A stretch of DNA of 62,346 nucleotides, filler included, from Nemertoderma westbladi (Eukaryota > Animalia > Xenacoelomorpha), in assembly GCA_032718475.1 (NCBI GenBank). It is 3 parts of 3 records of this genome, joined end to end, with 100 filler letters (N's around TTAATTAATTAA, not from the genome) between each part and the next. Parts side by side here need not be neighbours in the genome. Positions count along the whole stretch, not along the records: positions 1 to 17,236 come from JAUCBJ010008730.1; 2 more parts are not named here. The stretch is one strand, 5' to 3'. Within the stretch, counting starts at the first letter, position 1. Each line of letters starts with the position of its first letter. Position numbers and translations under genes: made by a program. A model generated the notes under the pieces. It was not told where the DNA came from and did no database searches. It was given only the letters and a program-made list of their open reading frames with translations. Positions 1 to 13,300 of the stretch are shown here, piece after piece.

Positions 1-430
1 AGTGGAAAGTGTATTTTTATACGGGGGTGAGACCTGGACACTGATTAAATCACTTGAACAACGAATTGATGGTTGCTACACAAGACTACTAAGGGCAGCC
101 CTAAACATCAGCTGGAGACAACACATAACAAATGCCGAACTTTATGGTACAATACCACCTGTATCAACCACCCTCCATGAACGCAGATTAAGATTCAGTG
201 GGCACTGCTGGCGAAGTAAAGATGAGGTCATACCAGATCTACTTCTCTGGCAACCAACTCATGGAAAGCGTAGTCGTGGACGACCAGCCGTAACATATAT
301 AGATCAACTTGAAAGGGATACTACTGAACTTGGGAGAAACGAAATTGCGACAACTATGGAGAATCAGGAAGCCTGAAAGGATCTAATTTCCACTGTCCGA
401 ATTTGCTCGACCTAGTAGTAGTAGTAGTAG
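1..430 (+). mobile_element. 3' end of an RTE-clade non-LTR retrotransposon (family A) with (TAG)n tail
   Basis: ORF 2-376 has RTE C-terminal motifs (LYGGETWTL, RIDGCYTRLLR, ITNAELYG, RRLRFSGHCWR). It ends in CC(TAG)6 at 411-430. The sequence is distinct from the multi-copy RTE family B. Confidence 0.9.
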
Positions 431-547
431 TACAACAACATTAACTCAATCCAGTTTTCTCTAATGGCCTCGGCCAAACAACCAGTGCAGCCTGCGGTGA
501 TGCGTACGAAACAATCAACGCGGTCGGGATCCTTTGATCCCGTCACA
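431..547 (+). mobile_element. 3' end of the 5' LTR of BEL/Pao copy 1a
   Basis: Ends CGGTCGGGATCCTTTGATCCCGTCACA (CA terminus at 547), nearly identical to the reverse complement of 1432-1458. It lies just upstream of a gag-like ORF. Confidence 0.6.
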
Positions 548-607
548 GTGAAACAATCTCCCAACCAGCTGAACTGTGACTGCTAGAAAGTTAAGGTTAT
601 CCAAAAG

Positions 608-1431
608 ATGAGCAATCAGGAGCCTCGAGAACCAGAGGGAGAGAGGACGCTGCCGCGGACCCCGGACGACACCAACCAAACGATCCGTAAGGCCCTGACG
701 CGACAGTATCGACCTGCGACACCGGATTCGCCGATGAGGGACGATCCGGTACCCCAAGCGGAGGGCTGCCGTCAACCACGAGAGAGGGATGAGTTGACGC
801 ATGACGGCGGGCAGAGTACCGAAGTCGCCGGCCAGCCACAGGCCGAGGGCGACGGACGGCCCACCAGAACAGCGACGGTGGGGCCGCCGGTACGACCCCG
901 AACCTGGAGAGGAGGAGGAGATGTCGGCGAAGAGGACGTTGGGACCAGTGATCGGCTATGGCGGGCCTACAACCCCATGAAGAAACAGTTAATGGAGGCC
1001 AGAGAGGGGGGAAAGGTAGACAAGGCCAAGTTACACCAACGGCTAGGTGAGTCGAATAAACATTTTCAGTATCTGGTCCGTTTTGAGCAGGGAGAACTGG
1101 CGAGTGAGAGAGCGAGGGGGGTCGCCACCGAACTATTCGAACTGTAGCGATCCAGGGTTATGGAGCCTGAAGTAGTGTACGTAAGGCCATATTTAGTGGA
1201 TGCCAGGGGAATTAAGTTAGTGGGTTGGGCGGATCTGCACGAGGGCGAACCCGAGGTTAACCCCGAGGATTCGGTCTCGTCGGTTAGCGAGAACCCCAGA
1301 AAGCGGGGGAAAGTTAGTAGGATAGAGAGGCAACGGGAGTCTGTCGCGACCGATAAGTCTGCTACATCCTCCGCGAAAGCAAGGAGGGTGTTAGAGATAG
1401 ATCTGGCGTGTCAACTAGACATGGTGGCGCT
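608..1431 (+). pseudogene. BEL/Pao gag N-terminal region (copy 1a), interrupted at 1431
   Basis: ORFs 608-1147 and 1160-1495 are in the same frame, split by one stop. Contains a PEDSVS motif typical of Pao gag, followed by a coiled-coil start that resumes at about 10371 (ENERREREAKVENE...). Confidence 0.6.
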
Positions 1432-2709
1432 TGTGACGGGATCAAGGGATCCCGACCGGTTAATTAGACTACGCGTCACCGTAGTAGTGAAATAAAAGAG
1501 TTTCTTGTTATCTCTTTGATGCTTTGAATGTTAATACTGATGAATAACTGATTGAATAATAGCACAATGAAGGGCAGTGGATACTGACAGTTGTATAGGG
1601 TACCGATATGTGGATATATTGGTGATGGTGAAGATTGTCACCAGTCTGCACTAAAAACCAATAACTGAATAACTGATTTGCAGACCGGTAGCAGGATAAT
1701 ATATATATGTATAATTACCACGCTGCTGTGGCCTCTTAACCTAGTGGATGCTTCCCTCGCCCCTATTGGCTGATAATCTACATCATGCCTCTCCCCTCTC
1801 TGCGAGGTTTCCCCCTGCTGTTGGCCCCTTCTTGTTGTTTCCCCTCCCGAGGTGATTTGACCTCTAACCTCCCTTTGTGTGGCTTTGGGGTTTGCGTTAT
1901 CCCCAATTATTGGTTGTGATACGAGATTGGTAATAACCAATCTCGTACCTCCAACATATTACTGAAAATGTGCCACTTCTCATTTATGAGGGTAATGCAG
2001 CGGAACTGAATCCACTTACACTCCCCCCATGCTATCTTCACGGTGAGATGATAGCATCACCTCTAAGTGTGCTTCAATTCCGCTGGAACCCGATCTACTA
2101 TCGGGTGTGGGGTGGAGTTGTTTTCGTGGAGTCGGCTTTCCAGGCCGCTCCCTCAGGGTATGATGTCACTACCCCTCCTTGGTGCAACCGCAACCTATGT
2201 TGCACCAAGACATCTGACGTCTCTGTTTGAGACAATTGTGGACTCCTCACACAATTTTAAAAACTCCTCTCACTCAAAGTTCACTCTAACTCCACTTCAG
2301 CTCCACTCTAACTCCACTCTACTCTATCTTACTCGCTCCCCATACCCAAATCGCACTCCTCTCACTTTCCCTCATCCTGTCAAAACCTCCTCTCCATTCT
2401 TCCCCCCGATTCCCATTTTCGCTTTCATCCCTTGCACACTTATTGGGCCCCACACATGTGCGCACATGTTAGTGGGAGCCGTCTAAGTCCCGTCCTGTCG
2501 CCCTAGTCAATTAACCCCAGGCTCGTCCACATGACGCGCCTTAACCCCCCCCCCCCCCCCCCCCCCGCTCGGAGGTGATATGACTCATCACTCCCGGTCT
2601 CGCCCGTTTCATTCTTTATCTGCTTTTCTCGTTTGGCGACTTCTTCCAGTCGCTTCTCCTCAAGTCTATCCGCTTCCAACTTCTCTCACCTCTGATATGG
2701 TGTATACAA

Positions 2710-5700
2710 GTCAGGTCAAGTATTCTAGGTCATTGATCAAGAAAACTTGCCACCTCCATGCAGCATAAAGGAGGTGCCACCTGTAGCTGCATAGACCCTC
2801 TTACTAGGGCAAATCTGGTCCTGTAACTAGGACCCCCTTCGTTCTGGGATAAGGACGCCCTTGGTCCTGGATTAAGGACCCATATACTTGGCTGCAGGGG
2901 TATATGGCCTGACCAGGCAGATGGTGATCTACCAATGGCTGGTCAGGAGTAGAGTGTTCTCATGTCCACTCTGAGAGCACTTCACTGCGACCTGCACCTG
3001 GCAGCAAGGGTACAGGGCATGACCCAGCAGATGAGCTGCAACAGCCAATGGTGGGTCATGTGCGCCAGAGTAGATATGGGTGATGGGCCTCATATCTGAC
3101 TCCATTGCGACACCCACCCTGTGGAATGGCAAACCAGGGTGTGGTATTTGCCCCGAGAGCTGACTCGGCAAAAAAGCACCCCCCAACCCCCACTATGGAT
3201 TACATTAGCAATGCGGAGGTCCGGCCACTAGAGGCCAGTGGAATTACCGGACACAATCGGCCTCACAGGCGTCAGTTAACTCCTGACCGGCTGCCTGTCT
3301 CACCCCCTACTGGAGAGAGAGCAGCCAACAATTCTTTGAGTCCCTTTCCTGATGACCTTTCTGGCCCAAACCCTGGGTCACCAGGAAGGCCAGATTGTGA
3401 TGGGGAGAGGGATTCTGGAGTTGGAGGCTACTCTCATGTTCCACCCCGACCAACAAAGCCATTGGTGAATCTGAGGCAAGTCACAAGACTAGCCTCAGTA
3501 AACACCCTAACACTCGGGTCCCCAATGCGACAAGGTGAGCTGACTGCCTTGGCAGATAAGCTTTCTCTTAGCGCAGTGGGTGTTCAAGAGCACCGAATGC
3601 AGACTGGACAGACTGATGAGGTTCTGATTAAGGACATGGGGGGTGGTTGGCGACTCGCCCTCGCGTCAGCAGATGATAGTGGCAATGGTGGAATTGGTCT
3701 ATTGATGAATCCAACTGCACATGCAGCATTGGACAAAATAGACCAAATCTCTAACCGCATCATCCGTTGCCACTTCTCATGTTCTGGAAGACTGGCTAAG
3801 AAGTTTCCTAAGGTGGTTCTGATTGTGTGCTACTCTCCAACTAGTGTTGCCCCTGTAGAGGAGGTGGAAAATTTCTACCACAATCTACAAGCAGCTACTG
3901 ATGGAGTGGATCAGCATGCATTCTTAACATTCCTGGGAGACTTTAATGCAAGTCTGCATCAATCACCGACATCACCCTGGGTCTATAGCAATAGTGTTAA
4001 CCGAAATTCTGTCCATCTTCAGGATTTTATCTCTGGAAATGGATTGTTTTCGGCTGGAACCCAGTTCAAGAAGCGAACTGGAAAGCTATGGACTCATAGT
4101 GGACCCAGTGGTCACAAGTCCCAGATAGACCATATTCTGTTTCGTAGGAAATACAGGAGCTCTATACAAGACTGTAATGCATTTACACTTCGACCCTTCT
4201 CCAGTGATCACCGCCTTATTGTGGCCAAGGTAAGACTTAGTCTGCGTGCTAGCAGAACAACGAAATCTGCCTTGCCACGGCATGACTGGTCCTCTCTGTT
4301 GCAACAGCCAAGTGTGAGATCCAGCTTCACACTACAGCTGAGCAACAGGTATGAGGCTCTTGCCTCTGAGGCGGCAGATCACTGTGAGGGCTATACTGCC
4401 TTTACAGAAGCAGTTAAGTTAGCAGCTGCAGAAACAGTTCCTGTATACCCTCGAAACAGGAAAAGGGCCCCCTGGACTGACAACAAAATTCAGAAGTGCC
4501 GAAATGACCTTCATAAGGCGCAGAAAGAGTCCCGACTCAAACAGACTACAGCGGCCAAGAATGCAGTTAAAGCTGCATCTAGGTCCCTGAACAGGCAGTA
4601 CTCTGTTAATCTACAGGAGCTAATAAACCAACAGGTTGATGCCATCAATGATGCTGACGACAGCAGGCAATCATCCCAGGCATGGAAATCGATCAATCTG
4701 CTTACTGGGCGGAAAAGCCAACCAACCACCAAGGTTAAGGCTGAATCACCAGCCGATCGCCTCAATGGTTGGAAAGCCCACTTTGAAAAGCTCCTCAATA
4801 ATGACAGGGTATTGCCTGATAACTTTATAGAAGTAAAAGTGTCTGAGTCTGTACTCCCAGATATTCCCATTGGCGATATCTCCTTTGCAGAAGTGAATGC
4901 TGCTGCAAAGAGCATTAAGACCAATCGTGCCAGTGGAGTAGATGGTGTTCCCCCTGAGGTCTTTAAAATACCTGAGTGTTTAAAGCTCATCTATCCCATC
5001 ATAGTAGACATGTACCGTACAACAAGAGTCCCACAAGAAATGAAAACAAATAAGTTGGTGCCAGTTCCCAAGAAAGGCAACCTAACACTCTATGGTTCTT
5101 TTCGGGGAATCTCATTGATCTCGATTGCTGCAAAACTATACAATAGAATTCTATTAAATCGCATCAGGGATCCCATTGAGAGACTGCTACGTGGAAATCA
5201 GAATGGGTTCCGTAAAGGTCGTGGGACCATGGAGCCCATTTTGGCACTTAGAAGGATAATTGAAGAGTTATCAAAAAAGAAAGACAGGCATCTGGCTGTT
5301 ATCTTTGTTGACTTCTTCAAGGCCTTTGATTCAGTCTCTCGCTCACGTATGTTCAGCATACTTTCATTATATGGGATTCCTGATGAAATTATTGCAGCAA
5401 TCAGATCAGTATACGATGGTTCAACAACATTTGTGTCTACTGTTGACGGTGACACAGAACCATTTGAAGTGTTATGGGGCGTCCTCCAAGGAGACACACT
5501 TGCACCATTCTTGTTCATTATTGTGGTTGACTATGTTCTACGCATGTCCTTAGATCATTATAATGATGATGGGGTGATGATAACTCCACCTACTGGCTCC
5601 AGAAGTCGAGGAAATCCTGCCAAGTACCTAACTGATCTAGACTTTGCTGATGACTTAGGAGTACTCTCAGAATCATTAGAGGGAGCCCAACGGCTCCTCA

Positions 5701-6454
5701 GCTCATTAGAACATGCTGCTTCTAGGGTTGGTCTTTTTATTAACTCCAGAAAGACCAAAATTCTGACAGTTAACTTTGAAAGTCCTCAGCAAGTCTCTGA
5801 TCGGATGAGCATAAGCTCAAAGGATGGTATGCTTGAGCATGTGGACGACTTCTGTTACCTGGGATCATGGATCCGGAAGTCAGGTGAGGACCTTCGAATA
5901 CGTAAGGGAAAGGCATGGGCAGCCTTGAATAGGCTTTCCAGGATTTGGAAGTCACCTAGAATTAATCGGAAACTTAACGTCCGATTATTTAGAGCAGCAG
6001 TAGTTCCAGTACTCCTCTACAGGAGTCCATGCTGGGCTCTAACTGCTGAGGACACCAAATCTCTGGATGGCACATTCACAAGAATGCTACGCCGGGTTTA
6101 TTGTGTCAAGTACAATGCACACATCTCCAACCAGACACTATATAACATTGGAGGTGTCTCATTGGTTCCCCCAAGCTTGACACTAGAACAAAATCGCCAC
6201 TGCTTTGCAGGACATTGCTTTTGCCATGAGGACCAGCCAGTGCATAATCTTGTGCTTTGGCAGCCTCATGGAGTGAATAAGCATGGTGGACAGCCCATGA
6301 CTTTCTTGACACTAGCCTTAAGGACACTGGCCTTAAAGATGCGGATGATCTAGCAAATGTCATGGGTGATAGGGAGTTGTGGCGGTGCAATTTTGTTGAC
6401 AAGCCGGCACAGCATTCTTAAAAATGCAGCTGCAACGCAGCATGCCGATCCTAG
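2710..6454 (+). mobile_element. Full-length RTE-clade LINE (family B, copy 1)
   Basis: Structured 5'UTR, single APE-RT ORF, 3' end GCCGATCCTAG. 8-bp TSD TATGGTGT at 2696-2703 and 6455-6462. The 5' end coincides with that of copy 3 (32270). Confidence 0.95.
3195..6421 (+). CDS. RTE ORF: apurinic endonuclease plus reverse transcriptase (C-terminal frameshift near 6310)
   Basis: APE motifs VGVQEH, GDFNA, IDHIL, SDHR; RT motifs QNGFRKGR, DFFKAFDSV, GVLQGDTLAP, FADD. The likely ATG is 3195 (MDYISN). The other copies show the true C-terminus ...KPAQHS* at 6419-6421. Confidence 0.9.
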
Positions 6455-6585
6455 TATGGTGTGTTGTATCCATATGCCATATTCTCTACTCTATTACTGC
6501 TAACTCTACTGACTCCACTAGCTCTACTAACTCTACTAACTCCCTAACTCTACTAACTCTCTAACTCTAACTCTACTAACTCTCT

Positions 6586-6950
6586 ACCTCTCTTACTACC
6601 CTCGTGGTATGTCTCTATACCACACTCCCTATTCCTCTAACTTCTAACTCTCACGGTACTATGTACCCTCTTACTCCCGTGGTATGTCTCTTTACCACAC
6701 TCCCTGATCTCTAACTTCTAACTCATACGATACTATGTACCCTCTTACTCCCATGGTATGTCTCTATACCACACTCCCTGATCTCTAACTTCTAACTCTT
6801 ACGGTACTATGTACCCTCTTACTCCTGTGGTATGTCTCTATACCACACTCCCTGATCTCTAACTTCTAACTCTTACAGTATTATGTACCCTCTTACTCCC
6901 GTGGTATGTCTCTATACCACACTCCCTGATCTCTAACTTCTAACTCTTAC
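6586..6950. repeat. 74-bp tandem repeat (~5 copies) inside the LTR, each with a GTGGTAT-n6-ATACCAC hairpin
   Basis: TATGTACCC recurs at 6660, 6734, 6808 and 6882 (period 74), with a diverged first copy from about 6586. Confidence 0.9.
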
Positions 6951-7149
6951 TCTTACTAACTTCTGCTAAATTTCTAATAACTACAAATAACTTCTGCCAA
7001 CTTTCTAACTACTACTTAGTGCTACGTACTATCTACTACTTTCACTTTCTGACTTTCCCCTTTCTAACTTTCTTTCTATTGTTTTATTTTATTTTATTAT
7101 TTTTTATATTTTGTGTGGGGAGGGCGTTTCGCCTTCAATCCCACCCCCC

Positions 7150-10100
7150 TCAGTCCAACTCTTGGATGACTAAACTCTATGGTGCCCCTTCTAGCAGGCA
7201 GCACTTTCCTACAGCCCTCCTGTAGGTCTTCCTATCCTTTGCTCCTATCTTACCCCCTAAGTGTCTACTACTCTCGCTAGCCTCCACTGGTTGTTGATGA
7301 TTGAATCGTCGGTGACGATCACTAAATCACCTTTCTTTAACTCTCTAGTGGTATTTCTCCACTTGCTCCTCCTGTGTAATGTGGGTAGGTATTCCTCGAC
7401 CCACCTCCTCCAGTACTCTGCGCTTATCGCCTTGGTGACTTTCCAACTCTGTCGGGAGTGTATGTCATCTGGGTCTACACCCCGCATGTCGATGGTCGCT
7501 GGCCTTTCCATCAGAAAGTGGCTCGGTGTTAGCACGTCTAGTGATTCCGGGTCGTCATTCTCTGGAAATAGCAGTCTGCTATTGATGATTCCCTCGCACT
7601 TAGCTAGCACCGTCCTTAGAATGTCCTCTGTTACCATGTGGGTGTTCATCAACTTCGTCATCAGATGCTTGGAACTACCCACAAGCCTCTCGACGCATCC
7701 TAAAGTATGTGGCACATACAGCGTCCTCCTTTCTCACTTCACCTGTCCTCTCCTCATGGCTGCCCTGACTTCTTCTCCTTCCAGGATGTCCAAGGCCTCC
7801 ACCAACTCGTTCTCTCCCCCCACAAAGTTGGTTCCATTGTCGGAATAGATCACTGTGATCGTCCCACCTTTGCGGTCCCTGAATCTCTCTAAGGCATTGA
7901 TGAATGTCGATGCTGTGGCATCCTGGGCGAGTTCTATCCCTACCGCCCTCGTGTTGTTACATACAAAGATGATGGCGTATCGTTTCTCCGTGTGTCGCAT
8001 CACCTTGATCTTGATCGGCCCGAACATGTCTACGCCGCAGTGCGTGAATGGCGTGTCATGCTGTCTCACCCTACTGGCCAGTAATGGTGCCATCTCCTGT
8101 ACAGCCCGCTCCTTTCTCGTCCGTCGGCAGGTCTGGCACTGCCCCACTACCGCCTTCACCTTCTTTCTTAGCTGTGCGATTCAGAAGGTCCTCCGTATCT
8201 CTGTGAGGGTCTGGTTGGTGCCTCTGTGCAATATCGACTTGTGGGAGTCCCAAATGATCTGGTATCCCGTCATCATTGAGTTGTGGTGACAGCGTGATGA
8301 GCTCGCTGTCCCGACGAAGGTGTTGTTGTTTGCTGACCCGATCCACTTCATCGCCATAGTTCTATCTCTGTTCGTACCGTATCACGGCCTTAGCCGCTCC
8401 TTCAATATCAATGTTTGGTTTCCTTTTGGCATCCTTGCCAACTCCCTTGAGGAAATTCCCGTAGGCCCTCCAGTATGCCACCAACTTCTTGGTCTTGTAC
8501 CAACTGGAGCTGTAGCTAAGTAGCCTATCTGTCGGGTTGTTGCATGGCTCTTCTAATTTCGGTTGCACCTCCCTGACTTCCCTCACCATCTGACTATATA
8601 TATCTTCTCTCTCTGAGTCTTCTTCCTCTCCCCCTGGTGCTACTTCCTCTGAAACCGGGTCCACCTTCTTCATTGGTGGCCAGGCTGATCTATCGTTCAT
8701 GAAGTGTGGCCCGTGTTGCCACAATACTTCCTTCTTTAAGAAAGGGTGGCGTGCCACGCCCCTCGATAACAAGTCTGCTGGGTTCTCGTCCATTGGGCAG
8801 TAGTGCCACCTTTCCAAGTCTGTCGTCGCCCTTATTTCATCAACCATGTAGGTCCAGATCCATCATGTCCCCATCCGGGAAATACATGCGTGGAATGCGG
8901 TACGTCCCCATCTGTTCTAAACTCCCTGTCCACTTACTCCACTGCTTGCTGACCTCTGTATCCCACTCATCCTTTAACTTATATACTTTCTTAAGTATCT
9001 GTTTCCCCGTGACTAATCCCTGTTTCCCCGGATGCTAGGCCTAAGGGATCGTATATCCTTGCTATGTACGATACATAGCCCCTCTTTGTATGGATGTCCG
9101 CACCCTCCTGGCTCAGTTGATACTTGAACTCGTCTGTCTCCCGGTTCCTCACGATCCCCAGTGCCTTCTGCTGAGACTCCACTCTCTTGCTCGCCATGTC
9201 CTGTCCTTGGCTGTTATGGGGTTATCCATGGTCGACTCTGGTCGTCTGTCCTCTATGGCTTTCATAAACTCCTCTGAGCTGGATTGGAACTTGGTCAGGT
9301 TAAACCCGGATCCCTTCAGGATGTCGCGAACCTCGCACCCCGTATCCAGTAATTCTTTAACCGTGTTTCCAGACTCCATTCCGTTGTCTACATAGAAGCC
9401 GCATCGAATCATATTGACCGCTTTGGCGCTATACTTCCCTTCTTTCCCCTCTACTGTATCTCTTACAGCCACAGTCGTCGTGAATGAGGATGACTTGGCC
9501 CCCATATTCTGCACCACCATCTTGTACATCGGTATTGTTGGTAGTTCCTCGTCGCCATTGTACCATAGGAAGCGTTGGCTGTCGCTATCCTCCTCCGTCA
9601 CACGGACTTGGTTGAACATGCCTTCAATATCGCAGGAGAAGGCATGTCTCCCATTTCTAAATCTCAGTAGGACCTCGATTCCCGAGTTATAGATATTGGG
9701 GCCCTCCAGCAGGTAGTTGTTTAGGCACTTGCCGTTGGTTTTAGCCAATGCGTCAACTACCATCCGCAATTTACCTTTCTTTGGATCTAAAGCCACGTGA
9801 AGTGGCAGGTAGTAGGTCCTGTCCGTGTTAAGGTTCGTCGACCGGCAACTCCACGGCCCATCCCTTCTCGACGTACTTGTTTATCGTCTTATCGATGTAC
9901 TCATCCTTTGCGGGGCTCCGTTTCAGCGTTTGCTTCAGTTTGCGAAGCCTCGTGAGTACCATCCTCTTGTTGTCAGGCAACGGTAGCATCGGCTGTTTCC
10001 ACACCATGCCTATGGTGTACCGTCCCTCCTCGCATCTCATCGACTCCTTCACACTTTGTACTGCTTATTTATCCTCTACCGAGGTTCCGACCCCAGTCTC

Positions 10101-10369
10101 CTTTAGTCCCTCAAAGTCCTGTCTCAGCAGTCTCCTAAGCTGCTCCTCCGCTCCTTCATCTTCCATCTCCCTCATAGTTCCCGCAAACATGCACCCTGAT
10201 GTCTCCGACATCCTAAATGGAATCTTGGTTTTAATTGGGCCGCTTAGCGTCCACCCGAATGGTGTTAGACTTGCCATCGGGTCACGCTGTCTGTCTTCGC
10301 CGAAGACCGTTTGCATTCTCTCGTGGGCCATTGGGCAATCCATTCCCACTATGATGGATACCTTCCTGA
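7150..10369 (-). pseudogene. BEL/Pao pol (RT, RNase H partly deleted, integrase), copy 1b, 5'-truncated, with many stops and frameshifts
   Basis: KLRMVVD, CDIEGMFNQV, FYVDN (RT); ENPADLLSRG, WQHGPHF (RNase H C-terminus); CQTC, GVDMFGP, SDNGTNF, LTPSHFL, YWRRWVEEYL (integrase). Confidence 0.92.
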
Positions 10370-13300
10370 TGAGAGAACGAGCGTAGAGAGCGAGAGGCAA
10401 AAGTAGAGAATGAGTGTAGAGAGCAGGAGGCGAGGGAGGCAGAGTTGGCTGACCAAAGTCTGCGGGAGGATAGAGAGAGAGAGAGAGCGGGAAAGCGTAT
10501 GCGGGATGATATGCATGCCCGGTTACGGGGGCTTATGCAATATCAGGCCAAGCAGAAGCACCGACTAGAACTGGCGCAATTGGGATTATCTGAGAGTGAG
10601 GCTGGCTCGGGTAGTATTTACGAGGAGCCCGAAGTGATGGAAACATTTGTTAAAACCCCACTTACAGGCACCGGATGACAGACCCAGGACTGGTGTAACC
10701 GTACGGGCGGGGGGTAATAATAATACGTTAGAGGGCATTAATATTAATAGTACCGTAGTAGACAACCCTTATCAAACTTTCATTGCAGGAAATAATATTT
10801 TGCCCGGTAATAATAATTTAAATCCGAATAATCCTAATTTAAATATAGAAAATAATTCAAATAACCTGAATTTAAATACACAAAATAATTAAAATAATTT
10901 AAATTTAAATACGCAAAATAATCTAAATAATAATTTTAATTCAAACGAGCAAAATAATCCCGATTCCAATCTAAATATACAAAATAATTTAAATTATAAT
11001 CCGAATTCAGAACAGAATAATTCAAATAATTTAAATAATTTAGGCAATAACAATATTGATAATGGTGCTATCAATATAAACGCAGCAGACATAGGTGGTC
11101 CGGGCAGCGAGAGCCTGCAAGGCCACATAGTTAAGATGCAGGGAGTAGCGGGGGTGAGTCAACCCGACGGGAGCCTGCAAGGCCACGCAATGGTAGAGGG
11201 AGAGGCGGGGGTGAATAGACCCAGCCGCAGTAGAGATAGTGCGTCGATTAGAGAGAAGCGTAGAAGCGAAGTAGGAGATAGTGGAGCAATAGGTAGCGAG
11301 TGGGGGGGGGGGGCTACGGGCACTCCACGACGAGAGATTAGTGGCGAGAGGGGGGGGGGGGGGCAGAGAATGTCCCACAGGCATTACGAATATCCCCAGC
11401 AGCGTCCGACTGGCTAGAGAGAGGGAGGTTGGCGTCGTGAGTGGGCGAGTGACGAGGCGTGATGGGCGAGACGTCGAGCCCAGTCGGAAGACGGAAGAAG
11501 AACAGTGGAGTTTAACCGGGAGGTCGAAGAGAGATCTCATGAGCGGGAACGCTACACTGAAGAGAGAAGAAGTGAAGGGAATAGAAGAAGCGTTGCTACG
11601 AGCGACCGGAGAGCGAGGACGGATAGCGAGCTGTCGGTAATAGAGATGGAGTTGGAGAGTCAGTGGGGTCGAACTCCGGGAGATTGCCCTCGCCCTTGAG
11701 AGATGCAGCCTGGCGAGATATATCATATGCCGGGAGAGGGGTACAGGATGTACCAGTACGAGGATGAGAACAGGAGAGGGGATCGATGAGAAACTTCCCA
11801 ACGGGATATAGCTGCCGATCGAGAGTATTATTCGAGAGGAATAAACTTCGGTCCGGAAGGACACAGGCAGACTGCAGGACATACTGTAGGCCTATAGGCC
11901 ATGCTGGGAGAGATAGTGTAGGCGATAGGGTAGCGCAAACAACGGGATTAGATCCGGAAGTCGCGGCGTATATACCGGTAGGTAGGCAAGAAGTGGATAG
12001 GCCTATACCGGTACCAGCACTGCAGTATGGCTATAATATGCAGGGACATAACATACATCCAGGGGAGGGGAGAGTTATTGCAGATAGGTGTATGGGCCCC
12101 AATATATTAACATCAACCCCAGTACCAAACATACCACCGGTGGGGGGGGGGGGGGGCATGGCATTCCCCCATTACAATATCAACAATACACTCAACTGGG
12201 AACAAGAACATCAAACCCCCTGGACGAGAACAGATCTTGCAACATGGAGATATGGAGGGGGCCGTTACCCCCAATGGTATATCCGACGGAAAGAAATTCA
12301 ACAGGCCGGACGGGCGGACCGCACCCAACGGGAGAATCTGTACAGAATCCCTCGAACCCATTGGAAGCACAGGCAATGGGAATGGCGACACTTATCGATG
12401 CGCTCAAGACCAGGATCGAATTACCACCAGTAGAGCCATTTAAATTCGACGGAAGCAGATCGGAAGAATACTTGCAATTCTGACGCATGTACAGCAACGA
12501 AATATTAACTAAAAACCTGACACAGGCGGAGTGCCTAAAATATCTACAGGTATACACAGGAGGCCCAGCGTACGACATCATGAGGCAGTATCAGGGCATC
12601 GAGGGTGGCTTCACGACTGCATGGCGGGCCCTAGACAGGGAATACGGACACCCAGCCAAGATCATCCAGCAGACCCTGAGGGGAATAACATCGGGTGGCC
12701 TACAGGATAACCCTGTTAGTATAAAGACCTTTGCGAATAAGGTTGAGAAGGCGTTAATCATGCTGAAGACGCTGGACGCGCCATACAAACTCAACGCATC
12801 TAATAATATCACCATGATAGCGCAGGCACTGCAGATCTGGCTGCGCAATACATAGAGAAAGATTGCCTTCTCCACCCGGGAGAAGAAAGGTGCGGAACCG
12901 GGCCTTGAGGAAATGTCGATCTTCCTCAATTATGAAGCAGATTTTTGAATCCACATCCCAGTCTACAGCGTGGATAGTCTGGGTTATATAGGCGCTGAGG
13001 GCCGAATGCAATCAGTGCCGAACCAGTGCTTAATGCTGCTAATGTTCCAAATTTAGTCAATCCCTACCATAAGCGAGTGACAGCAGCGGACCTTGCACGT
13101 CCACTGATTGCTGGGAGTGGGCCTACCGTGGCACTGTACTGGGACATTAAATAATCAATGCACGAACATATATTTTAATTCCCAATCTACACCCACGTAG
13201 GCCGAATCCTGTTATTTCCAGTAATCGACTTATATTACCAGTAGACGTGAAATTTCGCAATGACCGGGTTGTGCTTTATAAGGATACGTTACATATCCAG

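Larger units (their letters stand above)
1432..7137 (-). mobile_element. 3' LTR (~1.95 kb without the RTE insert) of inverted BEL/Pao copy 1b
   Basis: On the minus strand: integrase stop at 7150-7152, polypurine tract AGGGGGTGGGA (7139-7150), TG start at 7137, CA end at 1432 matching the LTR end at 521-547. Interrupted by the RTE at 2710-6454. Confidence 0.65.
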
